This document shows, in pieces, positions 16,390 to 24,910 of a DNA stretch of 38,614 bases (position 1 is its first letter; each line of letters starts with the position of its first letter). The position numbers and the translations under genes were made by a program. The notes under the pieces are model-generated. The model worked only from the letters and a program-made list of their open reading frames with translations, had not been told where the DNA came from and searched no databases. This DNA comes from Candidatus Bathyarchaeia archaeon (lineage in GTDB: Archaea; Thermoproteota; Bathyarchaeia; TCS64): assembly GCA_036396185.1 (NCBI GenBank), contig DASWLJ010000138.1:1-38614 (forward strand), read 5' to 3'.

Positions 16390-17289
16390 CTACTGGGAGA
16401 TGACGTACTGAATTGTTTGAATGGCGGTGTAGATGTTCACGGTGGCCTCGGGTCCCCTATAGACTCCCTTATGCCCGGGGCACATGATGGTTTTACCAGA
16501 GATCAATGGTAGAATACTGTTCAGTGAATCCATCTGCATGTTGAGGAGCATCGGCGCATACATTTTTAGCATCTCCAGGGCACCATAGTCGAGCTCATAG
16601 GTGAAGTCCAGCGTGTGTATGTCTTCGTCTCGGGACGGTAGGCTCGCGTCGCCCGTGAATAAAAGTTTCTTGCAAGTGTACTCCAGCGCAACGCTCCCCA
16701 TCGTGTGCCCAGGCACAGGGTGATACAGGAAGCCGCCCGGCATGCTGGATGCCTCGTATGCGGCGTCGGGCGTGTACCCCGTGTACCTGAAGTCGTCGTA
16801 GGGTGCCTCGGCGTTACCCGTCTCAACCATCTGCCAATCCATTACCCCTATGAACACGGCTGCGCCTTTATCCTGGAAGAAGCCCCCGCCTCCGGCGTGA
16901 TCAGCGTGACCATGTGTCAACAGAACGGCTGTGATCGGTTTTCTCCCAAATGTGGCCTTAACCCTGAGGTACAGTCTCTGAGCCAGGTCCTCCGTGCCGC
17001 TGTCAACGAGGATAACCCCCTTCCCCGTGTCAACGGCGTAAACATTGACCGAGTAGAACGCGAACCTCGGGAAACCCTCGATTGTGATGGGGACATACTC
17101 CGTGTACCTCACGACCCCCTTACACACCTGGTCTTGGACGATCAGGCCATCCTCGAAGAACTTCATTGCCTTCGGCGTAGCGTACGCTACCTGTGCGAAA
17201 GACGGCGCGACTAGGACCAAAACTATGGTTAATATGAGGGCCTTACTGGCCATGTGTCTTGTTTGACTCATCTTACTTTCCTTCTTCAA
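16390..17289 (-). CDS. Secreted metallo-beta-lactamase-fold hydrolase
   Basis: 299 aa. Signal peptide (ALILTIVLVLVAPSFAQVAYA), HxHxDH motif (LTHGHADHAGG), and downstream His/Asp ligands (VPGHTMGS, FTGDA, CPGHKG). Confidence 0.9.
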   Translation of the reverse strand: MKKESKMSQTRHMASKALILTIVLVLVAPSFAQVAYATPKAMKFFEDGLIVQDQVCKGVVRYTEYVPITIEGFPRFAFYSVNVYAVDTGKGVILVDSGTEDLAQRLYLRVKATFGRKPITAVLLTHGHADHAGGGGFFQDKGAAVFIGVMDWQMVETGNAEAPYDDFRYTGYTPDAAYEASSMPGGFLYHPVPGHTMGSVALEYTCKKLLFTGDASLPSRDEDIHTLDFTYELDYGALEMLKMYAPMLLNMQMDSLNSILPLISGKTIMCPGHKGVYRGPEATVNIYTAIQTIQYVISQ

Positions 17290-17709
17290 CGTTTGTTGAA
17301 TTTACAAACAGCACAAAAACTATGTTTAAGCGGACAAGAAGGTGCAGCTCACCCACGATCTGCGTCTGGCTACCCGTCAGTTTCTTGTGTCCGTTTGAAA
17401 CTCTACACATAAAATATATTATGGATATATAAACTATACGCGCAGTGGACCGCTTTCATCATTTTTTTATTGTGTTTAATATACAAATTTAACAATTTTA
17501 TTCATTGATTCCTATCAATACGTCTAACTAAAACTCCTGTATGATGCTAAATGGTTTTCCCATGCCTATAGTAAAAGATTTTATTCTTCTATTATTTTCA
17601 TCCCATTAATTAATGTAAAAACAGTTTATCACATTGACACGAGAATATGAGACAATACTTTTATAGCGAATCATATTTAGTATTTATACTATAGGCATCT
17701 GGCATCAAA
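17290..17709. promoter_or_regulatory. 420-nt very A/T-rich divergent intergenic region with a 12-nt inverted repeat and a TATA-like box
   Basis: No credible ORF. atgcctatagta (17562-17573) is the exact reverse complement of tactataggcat (17687-17698). tatttatact (17681-17690) lies 20-29 nt upstream of ATG 17710. Confidence 0.4.
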
Positions 17710-18864
17710 ATGTTAGCAGATTTAGAAATCCCTGTCAGATTTCTAAATGGCTTGGTTACTGTAGGTTTTTTCTTTCATCTCTATAGGGTGTACAAGAAAA
17801 CCCAGAGGCGGTTCTACCTCTACTGGGGCATTGGGTTCCTGCTGTACGGGCTAAACATATTAATGAGAATAGGTGAGGGACCGTCCTTCTCCCAGTGGCT
17901 GGCCGCGTTCTTCCTTCTAGGCGGCTTCATCAGCATGATAGGCGGCATAGCCGACCTGGTGAATCGCATAAGCCTGCTCTACGTTGTGCTCATACTGCCC
18001 ATCGCCCTGTTGGTACTGCTGGTGTCACCTTTCCCTGAGGTCATGCTCGTGGAGAGGATCGGCTGGGTGATAAGCATCCTCCCCTTTCTAATCATATTCC
18101 TCAGCTTCCTACTCATCCAGATCAACTTCGCCTCCTCCATAGACCTCCTGCTGGTGGGCTGGGGCCTCCTCCTCCTGACAAACATCGCTTTGGCATTCAA
18201 CGCCATGGAGGTCTACTTCGTCGACGTGATGGCCATATTCGCCAAGATAGTGATCTTCGTGGGCATGATCAAGCCCAGCTTCTCTCTGCTCGTGGACGAC
18301 TTGAAGGAGTACCTGATAGCGGGGAACCCGACCGCCTACGTCTCCGAGGCTAACGGAGGAGTCTCGCTGATAAGCACGGGGGTGGACCGCAGCGCCGTGT
18401 TCGACTGGATCGTTGACAGGGTGAGGGATAACTCCATCAAAGGAGTCCGAACCATCCTCATATCCACGTATGACCTGATCTCCGTCAACGACCTGTCCTC
18501 GAGGATGATCGAGGACAAGGTGTACTTCGTGAGGATGATAGCGGGTGGCCGCAGCGCCAAGAAGATCTTTGAAGAGAACATCATGCAGGTGGACGATGAC
18601 CTCAACATATTGGAGCTTCTCTTCACGGATGTCGTAACCTACTCTAATGAGAGGAAGCTAAACTGTGACATAATCCTCTACTCGATATCCAGCCTGATCC
18701 ACAACCACGGATGGAGGAGGATGTACTCGTTCCTCCTATCAAACTTGACTCAGTTCAAGTCAAGCCGCGTACGGCTCCTATTGTTCTTCATCCCCGAGAC
18801 CCACGAAGACGAGTCTGAGGTTAAACGGTTCGAGGCCGTGGCCGATAACGTCGTCACCCTGTAG
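17710..18864 (+). CDS. Polytopic membrane protein with C-terminal degenerate (Walker-A-less) KaiC/RecA-like domain (DUF835-type architecture)
   Basis: 384 aa. The N-terminal ~190 aa form 6-7 hydrophobic helices. The C-terminal ~180 aa have KaiC-like strand/helix periodicity (GGVSLISTGVDRSAVFDWIVDRV...RTILISTYD...CDIILYSISSL...LLLFFIPETHED), but the P-loop GxxGxGKT is replaced by STGVDRSA. Confidence 0.8.
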   Translation: MLADLEIPVRFLNGLVTVGFFFHLYRVYKKTQRRFYLYWGIGFLLYGLNILMRIGEGPSFSQWLAAFFLLGGFISMIGGIADLVNRISLLYVVLILPIALLVLLVSPFPEVMLVERIGWVISILPFLIIFLSFLLIQINFASSIDLLLVGWGLLLLTNIALAFNAMEVYFVDVMAIFAKIVIFVGMIKPSFSLLVDDLKEYLIAGNPTAYVSEANGGVSLISTGVDRSAVFDWIVDRVRDNSIKGVRTILISTYDLISVNDLSSRMIEDKVYFVRMIAGGRSAKKIFEENIMQVDDDLNILELLFTDVVTYSNERKLNCDIILYSISSLIHNHGWRRMYSFLLSNLTQFKSSRVRLLLFFIPETHEDESEVKRFEAVADNVVTL

Positions 18865-20281
18865 AGCTCTTGAGGAGCTCTAGGCTCTCCTGCGACATGT
18901 TTATCCTGCTTATCTTGGGTATCCCCGTCTTCCTCTGCAGGTACCTGTGGAAAGTTCCCTTCGGCAGCGTCTCGATCTTCAGCGGATTGTACTGCAGCAT
19001 ACTGCTCATGTCGCGCCAATCCTTATCGTACTCCATGAGCCGCGCATTGACCCTGGATGATACTTCCTCGGTGTCCATCGGCTTCTGCAGTTCGACGTAC
19101 ATCTTCATGTATTCACGGGAGTACTCTATCTCCCTCATGGCGGTGAAGTCAACGTACTCCACCCCCGCCGTGTTTAACACATCGATAAGCTCATCCTCGT
19201 TTATCCTTGTGAAGTTGTGGAGCACTATCAGGTTGTCGGCCCTCGCGTAGTACCTGAACACGGGTATATTTGACCCGATGATTTTATCCTCGAGGGCCAC
19301 GCACTCGACCAGGTCCGGCATGGCGTACCTCACAAGGTCGTTGCCGTAGGGGGTCGCGATCAGCTGGTAGACCTTCCCCACCTCCACGCCCGTCATCGAC
19401 ACCACATCCTCGATGGGATCCGTCGTGACCCTGCCGTTGTCCAGCCTCTGCTTCTCCGGGAGGAACTCCGCGTAGACGACCCGCCAGTCGAAGAAGAAGC
19501 AGCCCGGGTACTCGACGGATGGCAGGGCGATCAACATGGTCTCGGTGGACCCGAAGATTGTCTTCGGGTAGCTCCCCGTCACCTCCTTGATCTTGTCCCT
19601 CAGGACGTACGCGGAGCGGTCCGTCGTCAGGAACCCCTTCAGTTTGATGGGTTCCTGGATCTTGGGGTAGACCTGGTCCAATAATGTGGTTACCGTCATG
19701 TACGCTATGTCGATCTCATTGTAGTGTTTGAGGAAGTAGTCCACCTTCTCCTGGAAGGAAAGGTTCGGGTCGGGAACCTCAGTGATCCACCCCACATGCT
19801 TCCTCGTTATGATGTCGTAGTAGAAGCCGCTGATGAACTGGCCGCCGGGCATGTTGTGGTAGACCACGTCCCCCACCTCGTAGGTGATCCTATGGCCGTC
19901 ATGGGTGCAGAGGAACTGGAACGTCAGCCCTGTCTTCTGGATGCTGTTCCAGAGCCCTGTTTTGGGCAGAAGGAACGTCTTGGGCTTACCCATCGTGCCG
20001 CTGGTTAGTACTCGCAGATAGTCGCTGATAGGGTAGATGAAGTCGCCGACATGAGGGTTCTCGAAGAAGGGCTGATAGAAGTTGTAGTGCGTCAACGGGA
20101 CATCGCTTATCGGTGTCTCAGGTTTGACTCCGAGTTTACGCCCGATTCCCGTCTGCGCGACCTTCCTCAGATGGTCCCTTATTAAACCGTCTACCTTAGC
20201 CTTGTAGTCTCTCTCCTTTAACCAGTTCATCGAGTAGTACTGCAGAAACGGCTTCATGATCTGGTTGATGATCTTTGGCAT
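18854..20281 (-). CDS. GH3-family-like adenylate-forming enzyme (ANL/GH3 superfamily)
   Basis: 475 aa. The N-terminal pattern is typical of bacterial/archaeal GH3 proteins (…IGRKLGV…PLTHYNFYQPFFE…RVLTSGTMGKPKTFLLPKTG). A second adenylation motif is IFGSTETM. The 3' end overlaps the convergent gene by 11 nt. Confidence 0.8.
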   Translation of the reverse strand: MPKIINQIMKPFLQYYSMNWLKERDYKAKVDGLIRDHLRKVAQTGIGRKLGVKPETPISDVPLTHYNFYQPFFENPHVGDFIYPISDYLRVLTSGTMGKPKTFLLPKTGLWNSIQKTGLTFQFLCTHDGHRITYEVGDVVYHNMPGGQFISGFYYDIITRKHVGWITEVPDPNLSFQEKVDYFLKHYNEIDIAYMTVTTLLDQVYPKIQEPIKLKGFLTTDRSAYVLRDKIKEVTGSYPKTIFGSTETMLIALPSVEYPGCFFFDWRVVYAEFLPEKQRLDNGRVTTDPIEDVVSMTGVEVGKVYQLIATPYGNDLVRYAMPDLVECVALEDKIIGSNIPVFRYYARADNLIVLHNFTRINEDELIDVLNTAGVEYVDFTAMREIEYSREYMKMYVELQKPMDTEEVSSRVNARLMEYDKDWRDMSSMLQYNPLKIETLPKGTFHRYLQRKTGIPKISRINMSQESLELLKSSTG

Positions 20282-20294
20282 GGGCCCATCACTT

Positions 20295-21029
20295 TTACGT
20301 GATCACGGCTTCCTTGTTGAACACCGAGAAGCCCCTGTTGGTTATGAGGTATCTTCTGGGCTGCTCATCGAAGCTTGTCCCCCTCATCTTGTCGATACGC
20401 AGTGTCTTCACCAGTTTAAAGTCTATGATCTCCTTTTCTAGAACAAAGACCCCATCTGATAGGAACTGCTCCATGTAGAAGTCGTTGTTGTTGGGTATGC
20501 TCTCAGAGATGATGAGTCCAGTGCACTTCTTCCTCTTGATTGAGTCAAAGATCTGGCCGATCTGGTACCTCTTCGGCCCAGACCTGACCTCGTGGATGAC
20601 GATGCTCGTCAGGGGGTCGATCACGATGTGCTTAGCCTTTATCCGGTCCGCCTCGTCCTCTATCGCCTTTATGATGCCCATCTCTAGTTTCCCATGAACC
20701 CTCTCATAGGGCTCCACTATGCCCCTGGCCTGAGGAATCATGCTGATGTCCAGGACCCCCAGCTTCTTGTCGTCCATGGCCTTCTGGAGGTCCCAACCGA
20801 ACTCCTTCGCGTTCTCTAATTTATCCGGGAAAGACTCTTCCAGCGAGACGTAGACGCATGGCTCGCCTCGGTTGATAGCGGTAACCATGTAGTGTTGCGA
20901 GAATATTGTCTTCCCGGTTCCAGGACCCCCGCATATAAGAATGATTTTACCTTTAGGCACCCCACCCGTAAGCATCTCGTCCAGGCCGGAGACCCCGGTC
21001 AACACTCGGTTCAATCCTTGGCTTGTCAT
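20295..21029 (-). CDS. Single-domain KaiC-like (RecA-superfamily) ATPase
   Basis: RVLTGVSGLDEMLTGGVPKGKIILICGGPGTGKT (Walker A), HIVIDPLTS (Walker B), and a KaiC-like C-terminus (LRIDKMRGTSFDEQPRRYLIT). The track ORF starts at GTG 21086, but a TATA-like box (21088-21100) abuts that codon, so ATG 21029 is more plausible. The gene ends 13 nt before the GH3-like gene. Confidence 0.9.
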   Translation of the reverse strand: MTSQGLNRVLTGVSGLDEMLTGGVPKGKIILICGGPGTGKTIFSQHYMVTAINRGEPCVYVSLEESFPDKLENAKEFGWDLQKAMDDKKLGVLDISMIPQARGIVEPYERVHGKLEMGIIKAIEDEADRIKAKHIVIDPLTSIVIHEVRSGPKRYQIGQIFDSIKRKKCTGLIISESIPNNNDFYMEQFLSDGVFVLEKEIIDFKLVKTLRIDKMRGTSFDEQPRRYLITNRGFSVFNKEAVIT

Positions 21030-21384
21030 AGTGCTGTCGCCCCCCGTCAAGTCACCTATAGAGAATATGTTCTCTTTATTTAACACGTTATTTATACTTT
21101 ATTATCTTTAAGATTTAGGTGTCTATCACGGTGTTGATGTTTTAGGGTAACCGTTTTGTTGATTACCTTTTCTATGGACGTTCAGGTTATCTTATTCGAG
21201 ACAAGCATAGGGACTTAGTTGCGCGCGCTTGCGTTGTACTTGGTCAAGGCCGAAGGCAACGTCTTGATAAAGCTACGGGGGGGAGGCGTCGAGGGCTGGG
21301 GTCAGGGGCTGCTGAGACCTCAGTCTCTGGCAGTCTAGAACCTGGCAGGAGGGCCTCGCATCGATATCGTTCAGGGTAAATATA

Positions 21385-22458
21385 TTAGTCCGGGTCTCTG
21401 TCCTCGCCGAGCATCCGATTGATGTAGCTCAATGCGACCCTTTTATAGTTGAATGCGATGGCCGTCTCAGGTGGGAGATACATGGTCCTGGCGTCGCCTA
21501 TCCTATCAGGGAATAATCCGCGTAGATCCTCCACCCAACTCAGGTAGCTATCAACGTCCTCGTGGTTACCGAACAGTAGAAGGTTACCCGCCTCGTTGGC
21601 TGTCTGAATGGCCACCGGGACGTGCGGGTCCTCGACGAGGTGGTTGACGAGAGCCTCGTCAAGCCTCTTGACTTGGGCCTCAGTTATTGTGAGGAGGTAT
21701 CCAGGGGGCACGAGGAACCCCGGGAACCTGCAAACAGGGTCGGCGACGTGCCTACCCGTTAACAGCAGGTTGACCCTCTTCTCCACCGTCTTCCTGTGGA
21801 GCCCAGACACCGCACTGAGCTTGGTAATGTTAGTCTTTATGCCTCTGCCCTCTATCAGGGACCTCATGATGCGTACGTCAAGCTCGTCCAGCTCCAAGCC
21901 ACCAAGCGTGACGCTTCCCTCCTCCTGAACCGTTTTCTCGATGAGGTTGACGCCCGAGCCTGGGCTGTACTTGACCATGAGCTGGTTACTGAGGTAGGAG
22001 ACGCTGCTCTGAAGGTCACCCTGCTTCCCATCCACCCCGTAGCTTGTCGACAGCATCCCGGGAATGGCCCCCATCCATAGCTGGTGGCTGGCGACGCTCT
22101 CATGGTAAGTTAGTAGAAGCGTGTCGTGACTCCACATCCTTGAATGGAACGCAGCCAATATATGCGGGTCTTCGTGCATCCACCGAGTCAAGCCCCCTCC
22201 TTGGCTAAGTCCACGTGTATCGAGGTAGACGATGGCGAGTATAGGGTAGACCCTGAAAACTCCATGGAATGGATAGAGTGGAGGGTCCAACACGCTATGC
22301 TCCATCATCGCCTTAACTCTATGATCGATGGTTGCCCTATGTCTGCCCAGGCTTCTTGAGAGCTGGTTTACGTTGACGCTCACAGCGTCGCCGGAGACAA
22401 GCTCCAACAGTATCCTCAGATTGCGAGAGTCCTCAAGCAAGGCAGACCTTAACAGCAC
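21385..22458 (-). CDS. Transcriptional regulator with two tandem wHTH-plus-effector-like modules
   Basis: 357 aa. There are two Lrp/AsnC-style HTH segments (NLRILLELVSG...VNQLSRSLGRHRATIDHRVKAMMEHSVLDP and LDVRIMRSLIEGRGIKTNITKLSAVSGLHRKTVEKRVNLLLTGRHVADP), each followed by ~100 aa. Confidence 0.8.
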   Translation of the reverse strand: MLLRSALLEDSRNLRILLELVSGDAVSVNVNQLSRSLGRHRATIDHRVKAMMEHSVLDPPLYPFHGVFRVYPILAIVYLDTRGLSQGGGLTRWMHEDPHILAAFHSRMWSHDTLLLTYHESVASHQLWMGAIPGMLSTSYGVDGKQGDLQSSVSYLSNQLMVKYSPGSGVNLIEKTVQEEGSVTLGGLELDELDVRIMRSLIEGRGIKTNITKLSAVSGLHRKTVEKRVNLLLTGRHVADPVCRFPGFLVPPGYLLTITEAQVKRLDEALVNHLVEDPHVPVAIQTANEAGNLLLFGNHEDVDSYLSWVEDLRGLFPDRIGDARTMYLPPETAIAFNYKRVALSYINRMLGEDRDPD

Positions 22459-22627
22459 TTCACCGAAGAGTAGATAATGTTTTTCTTACTCTCGGCGCTA
22501 CCTCCTCGAATATACTCTCCCAGCGACGAGACCACAAGGGTCCCCCACGTTGTAGTGTGCCTCTGTACCCTGAATCGAGATTCACATTCCACCAACATTA
22601 AATACGCGCCCTCTTGCGTCATTTCAC

Positions 22628-22930
22628 ATGGAAGGCAAAGATAGATCACTGATTAACACGCCTGCGCGTTCAGCTAAAGCCTCCAATGACCTAAACACCT
22701 TCTGGGACATGACCCACATCAAACAGATCGAGCCTCTTGAGCGACTGAACCAGGTTTCGACGAAGACCAGACTGGCTCCCGAAACCATGTCAGAGATGGA
22801 GGACACTCTGAAGGACCTGGTCAGGCACGAGGAATACGTCAGGAACATCAGGCAGGAATTTGAGAATAAACTCAGGATTTTCGTGTTAAACGAAGCAAGC
22901 TCGGAGTTTACCAGAAGTAAAGTCACCTAA
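22628..22930 (+). CDS. Hypothetical protein (100 aa)
   Basis: ATG start and coding-like codon usage, mostly helical and charged (ETMSEMEDTLKDLVRHEEYVRNIRQEFENKLRIF). The mirror ORF 22624-22926 (-) is Ser/Leu-rich and unlikely. No family recognised. Confidence 0.4.
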   Translation: MEGKDRSLINTPARSAKASNDLNTFWDMTHIKQIEPLERLNQVSTKTRLAPETMSEMEDTLKDLVRHEEYVRNIRQEFENKLRIFVLNEASSEFTRSKVT

Positions 22931-23070
22931 GCGTAAGCTTCAGTGAGCCCACCGAAGAATGCGTGCTGGTCGGTTAAAGGTAGTCGTTAATCTTATTGTA
23001 GGAATGCGCAACCCGCAAAAATAAATATACCAACAGTATATTGGTAGATTACCAAAACGGGTGTCTTTAG

Positions 23071-24021
23071 TTGAACAGAACAGCCATAATCGCAGTAGCG
23101 ATAATTATCCTGGGTGCGGCAGGGTACGGGTACACCCAGTGGAGCAGACAACAGACAGAGACCATAGCGGTCTCGGGTGCCTTCGCCCTCTACCCGCTGA
23201 TGGTCCAGTGGACGGATGAGTACAGCAGGCTTCACCCCAACATAAAATTCGAGGTCTCGGCAGGGGGGGCAGGCAAAGGCATGACCGACGCCCTCAACCA
23301 GCTGGTAGACCTCGGCATGGTGTCCAGGCAGATCTACCCTGAGGAGGTTCAGAGGGGCGCGTTCTGGGTGGCTGTCGCCACGGACGCCGTGGTGGTGACC
23401 GTGAACGCGGACAACCCTGTCCTCAGCGAGCTCATAAGCCAAGGATTCATAGCCGAGAAGCTGGCCGCCATATACGTGCAGGGCAACTTCACAACGTGGG
23501 GTGATGTCGTCGGCAGGCCCGAGGTTACGGATCCGATTAACGTCTACACGCGGAGCGACGCATGTGGGGCGGCGGCAACATTCGCCGAGTATATGGGATA
23601 CGCGCAAGAGGATCTGCTGGGTGTGGGGGTATACGGCGACCCGGGCCTGGCCGAGGCGGTCAGAGGCGATCCATTCGCCATCGGGTACAATAACGTCAAC
23701 TACGCCTACGACATGAACACTGGGCTGCCCGTGGAGGGGATAGCTGTGGTGCCCCTCGACGTTGACGGCGACGGGAGCATAAGCCAAGCGGAGGACTACT
23801 ACTCGGATAGAGAGAGCATCATAGACGCCATCGCTGATGGGCGCTACCCGTCGCCTCCTTCAAGGGAGCTTAACCTGGTCACTAAGGACGAGTTCAGGGG
23901 GGCCACTCTGGAGTTCATAAGATGGGTTCTGGCGGATGGCCAGGAGATGGCTACGGACGCTGGGTTCGTGCCCCTCTCGCCTGAGCGTAGACAGCAGGAG
24001 ATATCGAAGCTGGGTGGATAA
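23071..24021 (+). CDS. pstS: Phosphate ABC transporter substrate-binding protein
   Basis: 316 aa with a TTG start directly followed by a signal/anchor (NRTAIIAVAIIILGAAG). PstS-type PBP pattern (SGAFALYPLMVQWTDEY...FEVSAGGAGKGMTDA...VDLGMVSR). Confidence 0.92.
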   Translation: MNRTAIIAVAIIILGAAGYGYTQWSRQQTETIAVSGAFALYPLMVQWTDEYSRLHPNIKFEVSAGGAGKGMTDALNQLVDLGMVSRQIYPEEVQRGAFWVAVATDAVVVTVNADNPVLSELISQGFIAEKLAAIYVQGNFTTWGDVVGRPEVTDPINVYTRSDACGAAATFAEYMGYAQEDLLGVGVYGDPGLAEAVRGDPFAIGYNNVNYAYDMNTGLPVEGIAVVPLDVDGDGSISQAEDYYSDRESIIDAIADGRYPSPPSRELNLVTKDEFRGATLEFIRWVLADGQEMATDAGFVPLSPERRQQEISKLGG

Positions 24022-24022
24022 C

Positions 24023-24910
24023 TTGGACCGAGCAAGGGTCGACAGGGCGGCGTGGACCGCGATAAGAGTCCTGGTCCTGTCCTGCGTAGCCCTGCTGCTC
24101 CTCATAGCAGGCGTCCTGTTCAGCAAGTCGATCCCCCTCCTGAGTTCCGTCCCCTTGACGAACCTACTGTTCTCTTCGAAGTGGTTTCCTCTGAGGGGCG
24201 AGTTCGGGTTCATGGCCTTCATAATAGGAACGCTGATGGTCACATTGATGGCTATGCTTCTATCCGTACCCGTGAGTCTTCTCACAGCGATATACCTGTC
24301 GGAGTACGCCTCCACTCGGGTGCGCGACGCGGTTAAGCCACTGATCGATCTGTTGGCGGGCATCCCCTCGGTGATATTCGGCCTCTGGGGTGTCGCCTTC
24401 GTCGTCCCCGCTGTGAGGTACAGCATCGCCCCCCTGTTCGGCGTAAACACGACGGGCTACTGCGTTCTGTCGGCGGGCGTCGTGCTAGCGATCATGGTTT
24501 TTCCTCTCATAATATCGGTGGCCGAGGAGGTCCTCAGGGCAGTCCCCAGTGTCCTCCGGGAGACAGCTTACTCTCTGGGAGCCACGAGGTGGCAGACGGT
24601 AAAGCACGTCGTCCTTAAGGAGGCCAGCGTGGGCGTGCTGGCCTCCGTCATCCTCGGCTTCACGAGGGCGATAGGCGAGACGATGGCAGTGCTGATGGTC
24701 GTGGGTAACGTCGCCCAGGCCCCCAGGACAGTGTTCGACGCGGCGTACCCGCTGCCGTCACTCATCGCCAACAATTACGGTGAGATGATGTCCCTCCCCC
24801 TCTACGACTCGGCCCTAATGTTCGCGGCCCTCGTGCTTCTCCTGGTGGTGGCCGGGTTCACCATATTGGCTAGAACCCTGCCCAGACGTGTGGCGAGGCT
24901 GCAGCAATGA
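24023..24910 (+). CDS. pstC: Phosphate ABC transporter permease PstC
   Basis: An in-frame TTG at 24023 lies 2 nt after the pstS stop; track ORF 23936 overlaps the pstS tail. Motifs: EYASTRVRDAVKPLIDLLAGIPSVIFGLWG and the EAA-type loop AYSLGATRWQTV. Confidence 0.92.
   Translation: MDRARVDRAAWTAIRVLVLSCVALLLLIAGVLFSKSIPLLSSVPLTNLLFSSKWFPLRGEFGFMAFIIGTLMVTLMAMLLSVPVSLLTAIYLSEYASTRVRDAVKPLIDLLAGIPSVIFGLWGVAFVVPAVRYSIAPLFGVNTTGYCVLSAGVVLAIMVFPLIISVAEEVLRAVPSVLRETAYSLGATRWQTVKHVVLKEASVGVLASVILGFTRAIGETMAVLMVVGNVAQAPRTVFDAAYPLPSLIANNYGEMMSLPLYDSALMFAALVLLLVVAGFTILARTLPRRVARLQQ

Noticed and set aside
22628-22930. Possibility that the 100-aa ORF upstream of pstS is a PhoU-type regulator
   Set aside because: It is less than half the length of PhoU and shows no duplicated three-helix-bundle repeat or metal-binding E/D-xxx-D motifs. 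I kept it as hypothetical.
22993-23787. 264-aa minus-strand ORF opposite pstS
   Set aside because: Val/His/Arg-rich antisense shadow; the plus frame is an unambiguous PstS.
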